Of a DNA stretch of 64,000 nucleotides, positions 13,011 to 24,508 are shown in pieces. Numbering within the stretch: the first letter of the stretch is position 1; every line of letters begins with the position of its first letter. Made by a program: the position numbers and the translations under genes. A model generated the notes under the pieces. That model saw nothing but the letters and a program-made list of their open reading frames with translations. It did not search any database and was not told the DNA's origin. The stretch is from Octopus bimaculoides (taxonomy: Eukaryota), in contig NC_068992.1 of NCBI RefSeq assembly GCF_001194135.2, positions 25,125,402 through 25,189,401 on the forward strand, written 5' to 3'.

Positions 13011-13822
13011 ACAAAACAGAACTATCTTACAGTTTTCAACATGACCTTGATATTTCCACGGAATACTGTTAATATACACCGACATAAATACATATATGTG
13101 TGCTGCTCATAACTTCTTGTTGACTTAGTTTATTCGTTCGTCTGCGCATATACTTTACGTTTGTGTGTTGTATATACATCTACACGGTCCCTTTAACAGG
13201 CGGTTAATTGTTTGACGGAGACATTTAGATATTAACAAATATGTTACTATCTGATAACTGTGGAGTACTTTTATTTTATACGGAATATAAAATGTTATCA
13301 CGAATAAAAACTACTTTGTTTTTTTTTCTTTTGAGTGGAGTCAGTTTTTATACGACGCATGCAAAGAATTGCTATAACAGAAATAGATAATATTAGTAGA
13401 ATACAGTGACAATGACAACTTGTATACACAAACATTTGGGCACAATAGCACAAGACAAAACCTTCGAGCTTTATACAGTCTGTGTAAACAAGCACAAATG
13501 ATACAATAATCATGTAAGACAACCTGAAGTTACATGCATAAACACCTATACATACATTGAAGCACACACACGCACACCCACACACACATATATATATATA
13601 TATTTATAGATATGCAGGGCAGGGAATCGTCAATTAGTAATAAAATTAATAATCAACAATTTTGCCGGGTAGCTCAGTATGAAAAAACCTTCTTCGGTAA
13701 AAAATTTCTAATCATAAATATATAGGGATTGACAGTAACCTGCTTCTCCAACATACTGAGAATTCAGAAATAGCAGTCAAAGAACTACTGATTTCAAAAC
13801 TACAAATTATTACTCCAGATTG

Positions 13823-13954
13823 ATAGCGATATTTTTGATACACACAGAACAAAAAACAGTAGAGAAGAGTAAAAAACACTTGCCTTTAGTTAGGCAAGTG
13901 TTTTTTACTCTTCTCTACTGTTTTTTGTTCTGTGTGTATCAAAAATATCGCTAT
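13823..13954. repeat. Perfect 63-bp-arm inverted repeat ending at a gap
   Basis: 13823-13885 is the exact reverse complement of 13892-13954, with loop TTAGTT. Confidence 0.9.
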
Positions 13955-15435
13955 NNNNNNNNNNNNNNNNNNNNNNNNNNNNNNNNNNNNNNNNNNNNNN
14001 NNNNNNNNNNNNNNNNNNNNNNNNNNNNNNNNNNNNNNNNNNNNNNNNNNNNNNNNNNNNNNNNNNNNNNNNNNNNNNNNNNNNNNNNNNNNNNNNNNNN
14101 NNNNNNNNNNNNNNNNNNNNNNNNNNNNNNNNNNNNNNNNNNNNNNNNNNNNNNNNNNNNNNNNNNNNNNNNNNNNNNNNNNNNNNNNNNNNNNNNNNNN
14201 NNNNNNNNNNNNNNNNNNNNNNNNNNNNNNNNNNNNNNNNNNNNNNNNNNNNNNNNNNNNNNNNNNNNNNNNNNNNNNNNNNNNNNNNNNNNNNNNNNNN
14301 NNNNNNNNNNNNNNNNNNNNNNNNNNNNNNNNNNNNNNNNNNNNNNNNNNNNNNNNNNNNNNNNNNNNNNNNNNNNNNNNNNNNNNNNNNNNNNNNNNNN
14401 NNNNNNNNNNNNNNNNNNNNNNNNNNNNNNNNNNNNNNNNNNNNNNNNNNNNNNNNNNNNNNNNNNNNNNNNNNNNNNNNNNNNNNNNNNNNNNNNNNNN
14501 NNNNNNNNNNNNNNNNNNNNNNNNNNNNNNNNNNNNNNNNNNNNNNNNNNNNNNNNNNNNNNNNNNNNNNNNNNNNNNNNNNNNNNNNNNNNNNNNNNNN
14601 NNNNNNNNNNNNNNNNNNNNNNNNNNNNNNNNNNNNNNNNNNNNNNNNNNNNNNNNNNNNNNNNNNNNNNNNNNNNNNNNNNNNNNNNNNNNNNNNNNNN
14701 NNNNNNNNNNNNNNNNNNNNNNNNNNNNNNNNNNNNNNNNNNNNNNNNNNNNNNNNNNNNNNNNNNNNNNNNNNNNNNNNNNNNNNNNNNNNNNNNNNNN
14801 NNNNNACACTTGAAGTTCAAATTTACAGAAAACAAAAGACAACGGCAGGTGTACGAACAACAGTCAGGTTGTATTAGTTTGACGCTAGAGAAGATGGGAA
14901 AAGTGTTTGACGACCGAAACCTACCATCTTTGACAGAAAGAGTTGAGAGGAAAAAAAAGGAGAGAGAAAGAAAAGACTGAGGTAAAACTGTGTAGAGATT
15001 AACTGTCTAACATGAAGTGTGCGTGCGTGCGTGTATTTACGTACATACCTATGTATGTGTGTATTATGAATTCATGTATATATGTTTGAATGTATGTATG
15101 TATGTATGTATGTATGTATGTATGTATGAATGTATCTATGTATGTATCTGTCTATCTAACTGTCTGTTTATCTGACTGTCTGTCTGTATGTCTGTGTGTC
15201 TCTCTAACTACGTGTGTGTGTGTGAGTGTGTGCGTGCAGGCATCAGTGATGTCATAAGTGCGTGTAAGTTTGTACAAACTTAGGAAATATATTATTTGAT
15301 TGGTTTGTGTATGGGAGAGAGAGAGGGGGAAAGAGAGACACAGACAGAGAGAGAAAGAAAGAAAGAAAGAAAGACAGAAAGAAAGATAGTGTAAGACAAA
15401 CCTCTCAGAAATATCAAGGTTATCCCTTCAACAAA

Positions 15436-15522
15436 AAGAAGAAGAAGAAGAAGAAGAAGAAGAAGAAGAAGAAGAAGAAGAAGAAGAAGAAGAAGAAGAA
15501 GAAGAAGAAGAAGAAGAAGAAG

Positions 15523-15598
<76 letters not shown>

Positions 15599-15610
15599 GC
15601 TACTACTACT
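15436..15610. repeat. Compound trinucleotide microsatellite (AAG)n(AAC)n(TAC)n
   Basis: Directly visible; it produces the poly-K/N/Y ORF artefact. Confidence 0.95.
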
Positions 15611-16042
15611 TGGCGAGTGGTGACATCTATGAATACCGTAAAGTGTCGAATGTTTGGCATACTTTTCTGAGTGTCACTTCTGCGACAGTGCTGAATTTTG
15701 AACTCGTTCCCACTTCTCTGGCACTCCAGATTCACACAATTCTCGGCTGTCCCAATTACCACGCATTCAAACATATGGAAACCCCACAGTTACAACTGCC
15801 CTATTTATTTGCCCTTTGCTGCTATGTTTCTTTTTTCAAAACTTTTGTTTGTTATTAGTTTTTTTTTTAATTTCTTATTTTATTTCATGTTTTTCGTCTT
15901 GGATTTGGTTTGAAGGAAGAATTTTCTGGTACTAAAGGGGAGGGCCCGTTTTTGATAGAAATGGCCCACCATGCATTGCAAACATTGGATTTTTCTCACG
16001 AAGAAATGCGATAGAGATCTATCTATCTATCTATCTCTCTCG

Positions 16043-16079
<37 letters not shown>

Positions 16080-16574
16080 ATGTCTATCTATCTTTCTACA
16101 TATATATTCATGNNNNNNNNNNNNNNNNNNNNNNNNNNNNNNNNNNNNNNNNNNNNNNNNNNNNNNNNNNNNNNNNNNNNNNNNNNNNNNNNNNNNNNNN
16201 AATGTGAAAGTGACGCCGACGCTAATCTCGGATCACAACATACTAGATCTGACCATGTATGGGCCAAAGAAATCGATAAAAAAACACAAAAACCTTTTTG
16301 AAATATGTTGACCTAGTTTTTACTTATCGAAACATTAATAAGTTTTGCCATTTTCAAGCTGGTAAATCAGCAAAATTCTTTAGTAAGTGATTTCGAAGTA
16401 ATAATTTCGAGGAAATAATTAATTGCATAAGATTTGTAACCAGCGCTTTACAAGTACCAAAAAGACTAACAGTAGAACAGGTTATGCTGCGTCGTGTGGA
16501 TTATTCTTAATTCTCGCTAAAGTGTATTCTGTACATGCGGGCAGGAAGAGAATATCTCGCTCCTGGTATTCATA

Positions 16575-16850
16575 CAGTCCCGTAAGGTTGTTAACTTTCT
16601 TTTAAAATGTCTTAGACAAGATCTTCTGTTTTATGTTGCTATCGATGTTCTTGTCCTCAAATCTTCAGATTAATATCGAGAAGGCGGCTGTATGTCTCTT
16701 CTCTGGTTGCCTAAAGGCAGGAAGGTGGTTGTTGTATTTAAATTTTACTTCCACGGACTCTCTCTATACATTCCTGTGTAAGTCTTTAAGTGCATGAAAT
16801 GTGAACTATCTTGTTTACAGGGAACTCAACATGGTGTATCTATTGCATCT
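16575..16850 (-). pseudogene. Penelope-like element GIY-YIG endonuclease remnant
   Basis: The minus strand reads KTYTGM, then after a frameshift EVKFKYNNHLPAFRQPEKRHTAAFSILI*RFEDKNIDSNIKQKIL. This matches the typical PLE pattern YIG.T...FK.RYNNH...FR...KR..TALS.YIW..KDKNI.Y.I.W.IL. Confidence 0.65.
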
Positions 16851-17261
16851 AATTTACTTTGTGATTTTTATCTTCAATTTTAATTCCAAATATTTCCTGA
16901 TGAACCAAACCTATAATGAAGAACATTCTAGGTATGACTATTTGGTATTCATAAGAGTGTCTATGTTTATATTGCCAACTTTATCATTTACATGTTGATA
17001 TTGTCAAATGCAGCTGCGCGGAGAATCAGTTGTTCTTTCTAGCTTAACGCATGACTCAATAGTGGCTCCAGTCTCGCTTCTGGGGCTGGTTGTTCCTTTA
17101 TGTCTTCAGTTTAATGTCAGTCGACTTTTCTGTGAAATATTTTATTGTAATGTCTGATGACTGGTGCGGAATACAAATGAGTCGATTGAATATATTTTGC
17201 GAAGAAATAGTAGCACACGTAGAATTGATATTTTTTCGGATAGGAGATTTATTTGTGATAT

Positions 17262-17298
<37 letters not shown>

Positions 17299-17712
17299 CC
17301 TTGATTATTTGTTTTCTCAAACCGAATGCAACAAAGTACACCAATAATATTGTTATACAGTGTGTAAAAATAACCAACGAGCAAAACAAAACAAATTTGT
17401 TTGTTCGTATCTAATGTTATGCATATTTCGATACAAAAGCTCTAGGCGCTTCTATCACGATAACTGATTTGTCTTTCGTCCAGAAATTATTCAATTGATC
17501 TAGACAGAAGGGACCGAGATGTCTATCAATGTACTCAGGCTTTCCTTGTTATCCTCTCTTGAAGAATATATTTATAGGTGCTACATTTTAATTCACACTC
17601 TATATTACGAGGAAAATATACAATACACCTGTGTATATGCTTATTTTGTTGACGTATTGTTTACATTCATTGTAACACATAGTGTTGGCTAAAAACAATT
17701 CATTGATAAGTA

Positions 17713-17782
<70 letters not shown>

Positions 17783-17786
<4 letters not shown>

Positions 17787-18232
17787 TCTTTTACTCTTTT
17801 ACTTGTTTCAGTCATTTGACTGCGGCCATTCTGGAGCACCGCCTTTAGTCGAACAAATCGACCCCAGGACTTATTCTTTCTTAGCCTAGTACTTATTCTA
17901 TCGGTCTCTTTTGCCGAACCGCTACGTAACGGGGACGTAATCACACCAGCATCGGTTGTCTAGCAATTTTGCGGGGACAAACACAGACACACAAACACAC
18001 ACACATATGTACATATACATATATACGACGGGCTTCTCTCAGTTTCCGTCTACCAAATCCACTTACAAGGCTTTGGTCGGCCCGAGGCTATAGTAGAAGA
18101 CANNNNNNNNNNCAAGGCTTTGGTCGGCCCGAGGCTATAGTAGAAGACACTCGCCCAAAATGCCACGCAGTGGGACTGAACCCGGAACCATGTGGTTGGT
18201 AAGCAAGCTACTTACCACACACTCCTGCGCCT
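17783..18232 (-). mobile_element. SINE family A, full-length
   Basis: Tail (ACTCTTTT)2 ACTTGTTTCAGTCATTTGACTGCGGCC, internal microsatellite, and head ending CTTACCACAC. The 10-N gap has duplicated flanks. Confidence 0.9.
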
Positions 18233-18372
18233 ATATACACATTAATATACACTGCGCCTATATATACATATTAACATACACACACACACACACCTATATA
18301 TATACATATATACACATATACATATATATATATACATGCATGCATGCATACATACACACACGCACGCACGCA

Positions 18373-18416
<44 letters not shown>

Positions 18417-18932
18417 TATATATATATATAGGAATGAAAGATCTAAGGATCGAGGTGTCGGAAGAAGGTGTGCTTCAATCAAACTGTAAAAGAGATAAAA
18501 AGGCAACTTTCAGGAACAATTGCAGTTTATTGAAGTGGAAGGTTGAAGATTTATCCATATCGAAATATGGTCAGCTGAAAACAATTATTATATATTTCCC
18601 TGTGGGCAGCCACGGTTGCCAGGCATACGAATTAAATACAGGAGCTAAGCAATGGCTCTATTGACATTTTTATTGCCATATATTGTTATAGATACCTGAC
18701 AAACCGTAAACTGGCACACGAACAGCTTAATACATTTCTATGACCAGTTTCACTGGTTCCAATATTTTACCTTCAACGTCACAGACCGAGCAGATTTTAT
18801 CTAAACATGTCCGAAATAGGACATTGATAAAAAAAATGGTGCTATACAAGATTACCTAGGATTAGAAATTTTAATATCTTTATTTACATTATTTACATTT
18901 GACGGATATTTGTCCTCGTCTTGTTTGTTGTT

Positions 18933-18978
18933 AACTCAACGTTTCGGCTGATATACCCTCCAGCTATCATCAAGTGTC
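18933..18978 (-). ncRNA. Minimal type I hammerhead ribozyme motif (degenerate)
   Basis: Minus strand: GACAC UUGAUGA U AGCUG GAGGGUAUAU CAGCC GAAAC GUU GAGUU. It has C3>U and stem mismatches. Confidence 0.65.
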
Positions 18979-19177
18979 TTGGGGAAATTTCGAACCTGGG
19001 TTCTCATTCCTAAGGTATATTTTCTTTCTTTTTTTTTTTTGATGTTATTATTATTATTATTATTCATGTCACTGCTTGGAATCGAACTCCGAAACTTGGG
19101 TTTGGTAGGCCGCGCTCTTACCCTATTATTATTCGGGTCACTGCCTGGAATCGAACTCGGAATCTTGGGGTTAGTAG

Positions 19178-19218
19178 CTGATGAAGGCTAGTTGATATAG
19201 AAGCCGAAACGTTTTGTT
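19178..19218 (+). ncRNA. Minimal type I hammerhead ribozyme core (5' strand of stem I lost at inversion junction)
   Basis: CUGAUGA A GGCU AGUUGAUAUAGA AGCC GAAAC GUU UUGUU: intact core boxes and a 4-bp stem II. Confidence 0.7.
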
Positions 19219-19658
19219 AACAATAAACAAGATGAGGACAGCTATCCATCAAATGTAAATAATTCCTCATCTCTTAGTGCTTCGATAGTTTCCATTTAAG
19301 ATCCCAACTTCTAACATTGCCAAGATCTCTCTGAATTCCCTCGCGCCATCAAAACATTGCCAGAATCCATCGTAAGGACTTGCGCCATACTATGAGGAAT
19401 TCTGGAGAACGCTGGTGAAGCAGTTATGTAGAAGCGTTTCGCATTAGCTTCTTTAGGTGTGTCGTAATCACCACCACCTCCCCAAACTGTCACGATTCTC
19501 GTTACCCTCTTCCTCCTCCATCACAAGCTCCTCTACCTTATACGACCTTCTTCTTCTTCTTTGTCACCATCATAACAGTCATCATCATCATTATTAGTCA
19601 TATGTACGTCTGTTGCAATTTGTTTTTGGAGCTATTTGTCTATTAGAGAAAGTGAGTG

Positions 19659-19699
<41 letters not shown>

Positions 19700-19706
19700 C
19701 TTTCAT

Positions 19707-19748
<42 letters not shown>

Positions 19749-20611
19749 TGTATGTGTATATACACATATACACACTTACACACGAATACATATACATATA
19801 TATATATATATATATTTATGAATATATTTGTGTATTTGCATGTATGTATATATATATATATATACACACATACATACAGACACACATAAGCACACACGCC
19901 ACGCCGCACACGCACGCACATATATATATATATATATAANNNNNNNNNNNNNNNNNNNNNNNNNNNNNNNNNNNNNNNNNNNNNNNNNNNNNNNNNNNTG
20001 TCGTGTTAATTGTTTTTCTTCTGCTATTTTTCAATCATGTTGTGGCGGAGATAGGATAACTTTCGTGACAGCGATTAAATATAGACTGGTAAATATATTA
20101 TTTAGGGAGAAGACTGGTTCCTCTTTTAGCAGAAAACTGAAGAAAAAAATGGTTTGTAGCCTCTGGCGTTATTGTATCATGACAGAATAACGAAGGTGAG
20201 ACAGGGTCGTGTGTACATATGTGTCGTGTGTATGCATGAGGGAGAGAGAAAGAGGAGGTGAGAAAGACACAGAGACATTGAGAGGGGGGAAGAACAGGGA
20301 GAGAGAGAAGATATAAGGAAGAGAGAGGTAAGGAAAGAAAGAGAGAAGACGAGGGAGGGATTTTGGCTGTGAAAGAAGAGAATCAATGCGTTAGTTGCTC
20401 AACCACGTACCTGTTAATCACGATAGTCTCCATGTTGCTGGATCATATCGGATATATTGAGAACAGCAGCGCAACGACAACACCATCAGCTGCAGCCGTT
20501 CAAATATCGCTCCAACTGCAACGACGCAGTAACAACAACAGCCACGTAATGATAATAATAATAACTAAAACAACATACCAGAGAAACAATGCTGGCAGAC
20601 AATAATAATCC

Positions 20612-21262
20612 TTTTTACTAAAGTACTACTACGAGGCCTGAAATTTTGGGGGTGGGTGTAAATCGATTACATCTACCCCAGTGGTTCATCTGGTACTTAT
20701 TCTATCGACCCCGAAAGGATAAAAGACAAAGTCGATCTCTCCGGAATTTGAACTCAGAGCACAAAGATGGGTGATATGCCCTTACGAATTTTGTCTGTCG
20801 TGCTAACGATTCTGCCAGTTCGCCACCATGCACTGCTTGACAGTAACATTAGGTTCAAATTCTGGCACAAGAGCTAAGTCGATTATGTCGACCCCCAGCG
20901 CTTCACTGGTACTTATTTTATTGACCCCGAAAGGGTGAAAGGCGAAGTCGAACTCGGCGGAATTTGAACCAAAAGCGCTAAGCATTTTGCCCGGCGCGGT
21001 AATGACTTCGTCTACACGCCGCCATACACTGGCAGACCATTATATTCGTTTCAAATTTGAGCTCAAAGACAGTAAATTCGGGGAAGGGTAAGTCGACTAA
21101 ATTGGCTCCAGTGTTCAGTTGGTAACCAATATATCGACCCCGAAAAGTATAGAAGTCAGAGCTACCCACAAGAGAGTGTTAACTTTGAACGTATTGACGG
21201 ACGATGTACCGCTTAGCATTTTTCCCGGCGTGCCAACCATTCTACCAGCTCACTGTTATTTC
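20612..21262 (-). mobile_element. Three head-to-tail SINE family M copies
   Basis: Repeated GGTACTTATTTTATCGACCCCGAAAGG..GGAATTTGAAC..GCTAACGATTCTGCCAG blocks at about 20612-20828, 20850-21022 and 21045-21262. Confidence 0.85.
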
Positions 21263-21896
21263 ACTGGCAGACGATAATATTAGCACAAACGGAGCACATT
21301 TAACAATGTCGCAACATCTGCGGCCTCAGCAATGCAGTAATGATATCAAATGTTCTATATCTAACCACAATTTAAAGGAAGAATATCAATGACATGAACA
21401 GGATCAATAAATATAAACACATTAACAGCAACAGTAATAACAATAGGATGGGTGCTAGTTATTAAGCACAGCGAGTACTTGCATTGGCTCGCTAAAAATA
21501 GCAGCAAAATCCCTTCAAACTACGTCTTGATGTTGTTGAAAAGAAAAGACACAGTGGACATGTAGTCATACATACAAAATAAAATAGAAACCGCGGCTGG
21601 GGTATCTCTGAATATAGGTCTACTTGTCCAATACTTATCTCGAGACAAAGACAACAATAATAAGTATTATAACAGAACAAATAGAACATCAGAATTGGCG
21701 GCAACAGGAATAACAAAGTCTGAAGCAGCAACGATAAAATAAATAAATGGATGAATAAATAAATAAACTCCATTCGTGATCGTAGCTGAAGCTAGTCATA
21801 TCCGCCAACAAAAGTAAATCAGGGAAAGGCAACAGGTTAGATAAATTCGTTTAAACTGATAGTAGATAGACCATTTTTAATATTTTGTTTGATGTC

Positions 21897-22144
21897 AAGG
21901 CGGTGAACTGGCAGAATCGTTAGCAAGCCGGGTAAAATGCTTAGCGGTATTTCGTCTGTCTTTATGTTCTGAGTTCAAATTCCGCTGAGCTTTACTTTGC
22001 ATTTCATCCTTTCGGGGTCGATAAATTAAGTACTGTGGTCGATCTCATCGAGTAGCCCCCTCCCCCAAAATTTCGGGCCTTGTGTCTAGAGTAGAAAAGG
22101 ATATTTATCTGATGTCAAGGCGGCGAATTGGCAGAATCGTTAGC
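21897..22144 (+). mobile_element. SINE family M full copy followed by a second head
   Basis: AAGGCGGTGAACTGGCAGAATCGTTAGC..GTTCAAATTCC..TTTCATCCTTTCGGGGTCGATAAATTAAGTAC..GGGCCTTGTGTCTAGAGTAGAAAAG, then TGATGTCAAGGCGGCGAATTGGCAGAATCGTTAGC again. Confidence 0.9.
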
Positions 22145-22913
22145 CTAAAACCCTAAAGCTAAAACCAGTACAAACGCACGTATGATGTCATAAATAACAG
22201 TACCGCCGATAGTTGTTGTTGACAAACAACGGCGGTAAATTTATTTAAAGGATAAGATCCCATTACACCGCCAGAACGTGTTGTTGACAAACCACAGCAG
22301 TAATTGTTTTCACCTCAATAGACGTCAGTGATTGGTTGAAATTACCGAAATACGACAATTTTTAACATGAAATAACTTCGAATATAAAATTTTTTCTCTG
22401 TTCTATAAGACAANNNNNNNNNNGCAAGTTGCAAACATAATTGATATATTTCAAAATTTCTCTCCGTAGGAAGTAAAGTCTGCTTCCAATTTATACTTTT
22501 GGTAAGTGTATATTTTATTATTACATACCTCTTACGAAACGTCCTCCTAAATTAAACCTTACGAAAAGCGTCTATTTTGTTCCGTTCTGTCTGCTTACGA
22601 CACTCAGTAGGTCGCCTGCTTAAATAACTGTCGCTTGATTTAAGATAGCAATAAGTGACACTTCATGCGGTTACAGCAAATCGTTGAAGAAATTTAACGA
22701 TTCTACTACATCATAGGTGGTCGACAATGGCGATTTAGCTTCTCCTTAGTTATTTTGATAATTCATAAATGTTTAACAACACAGAAACGTATCGAGGCAA
22801 ATGGAATCTTCCATGTGAAGAACAAGTATTTGCCTATGCATCAAATTCGACCAATGCGACGTTGATTGGAAGGGAGATAATTTTGGTAATTTCTTCACTT
22901 ACTTAAGTCTGTG

Positions 22914-23337
22914 TAGGCGCAGTGGCCCAGTGGTTAGGGCAGTGGACTCGCGGTCATAGGATCGCAGTTTTGATTCCTAGACCGGGCGTTGTGAGTGTTN
23001 NNNNNNNNNAGTTTTGATTCCTAGACCGGGCGTTGTGAGTGTTTATTGAGCGAAAACACCTAAAGCTCCACGAGGCTCCCACAGGGGATGGTGGTAAACC
23101 CTGCTGTACTCTCTCACCACAACTTTCTCTCACACTTAATCCCTGTTTCTATTGTGCCTGTTATTCAAAGGGTCAGCTTTTCACACTGTGTCACGCTGAA
23201 TCTCCCCGAGAACTACGTTAAGGGTACACGTGTCTGTGGAGTGCTCAGCCACTTGCACGTTAATTTCACGAGCAGGCTGTTCTGGTGATCGGATCAACTG
23301 GAACCCTCGACGTCGTAAGCGACGGAGTGCCAACAAT
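22914..23337 (+). mobile_element. SINE family E (tRNA-Arg-like head), full-length
   Basis: A box TGGCCCAGTGG, anticodon-like CTCGCGG, B-box-like GTTTTGATTCC and tail GATCAACTGGAACCCTCGACGTCGTAAGCGACGGAGTGCCAAC. Near-identical to 63548-63933. Possibly one of the tRNA-Arg-derived octopus SINEs (OR type); not verified. Confidence 0.9.
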
Positions 23338-23401
23338 GTGTGTGTATNNNNNNNNNNNNNNNNNNNNNNNNNNNNNNNNNNNNNNNNNNNNNNNNNNNNN
23401 N

Positions 23402-23471
23402 GGGGTCGATTTGCTCGACTAAAGGCGGTGCTCCAGCATGGCCGTAGTCAAATGAATGAAACAAGTAAAGA
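23402..23471 (+). mobile_element. SINE family A tail
   Basis: GGGGTCGATTTGCTCGACTAAAGGCGGTGCTCCAGCATGGCC..GAAACAAGTAAAGAG. Confidence 0.85.
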
Positions 23472-23874
23472 GTATACATCCACAAACACTCGTCTAGACG
23501 AGATTTCCCGTTATTTTATCTTGCATTCAAACTTCTACAGTTTGCATTGTTCTTAAGAATGTTTTGTGATTTCGTAGTTAAGAAGCTTGATTTGCTACCA
23601 CTTAGTTTAGGGTTCGACCCCACTGCGCTAAATCTTGCGCAAGTGTGTTTTACTGAAGGCTCAGTTCGAGGCTATATAAATTTGATGTATTTATAACAGG
23701 TGTGTACACAGCTGTATGTGTACGGCCGGTGTAAAATCTTATTTGATTTTGAAGCCGACATTTCTGGTAAAGTTATATTTTCTGTGTCGCAATCGCTGAC
23801 GGCTATTGTTGTTGTTATTGTTGTTTTAGTTATTATCAGAGATGTGTTTATTAGGATCATCTAATGTTGTTCTT

Positions 23875-24081
23875 ATTGAGCTGGCAGAATCGTTGGCATA
23901 CCAGGCAAAATGTGTAGCAGCATTCCGTCTGTCTTTACGTTCTGAGTTAAAATTCTGTCGAGGTCGAGTTTGCATTTCATCTTTTCGATGCCGATAAATT
24001 AAGTACCAGTGAATCACTAGGGTCGACGAAATCGGCTTACTCCGCCCCAAAATTTCAGGCTTTATGCCTTTAGTAGAGATG

Positions 24082-24167
<86 letters not shown>

Positions 24168-24370
24168 TATTATTAAGGTGCCGAGCTGGCAGAATCGGTA
24201 GCACTCCGGGCAAAAATGCTTTGCAGCATTTCGTCCGTCTTTATGTTCTGAGTTCAAATTCCGCCGCGGTCGACATTGCCTTTCATCCTATCGAGGGTCG
24301 ATAAATTAAGTACCAGTAAAACACTGGGGTGGATAAAATCGACTTACCCCTCCCCAAAACTTCATCAGAA
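23875..24370 (+). mobile_element. Two tandem SINE family M copies separated by (ATT)n
   Basis: Heads GAGCTGGCAGAATCG at about 23878 and 24183; (ATT)n at about 24083-24174. Confidence 0.85.
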
Positions 24371-24472
24371 ATACAGAAAAAGTCCAAAGAAGGGAAGACG
24401 GAGAAAGAAAATCGCCAACGATACACGCGGTCACATGTTGAAATGTATATTATACATACATATGAATATGTA

Positions 24473-24508
<36 letters not shown>

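Larger units (their letters stand above)
18881..19275 (-). mobile_element. SINE family B (tRNA head + hammerhead motif), with duplicated head and inverted 3' segment
   Basis: 18881-19177 is the reverse complement of the element at 37504-37746, with two tandem heads at 19065-19123 and 19134-19177. 19178-19275 is a plus-strand copy of the element's 3' part. Confidence 0.85.

Noticed and set aside
17487-17563. Putative exon NYSIDLDRRDRDVYQCTQ with an Ig-like D.x.Y.C motif
   Set aside because: The conserved Gly is absent, there is no good donor site, and an in-frame stop follows.
18066-18149. Tandem duplications across 10-N gaps (also 22969-23040) and the doubled CCTTGATGACCCTGT at 746-775
   Set aside because: Identical sequence beside a gap is typical of unmerged contig overlaps.
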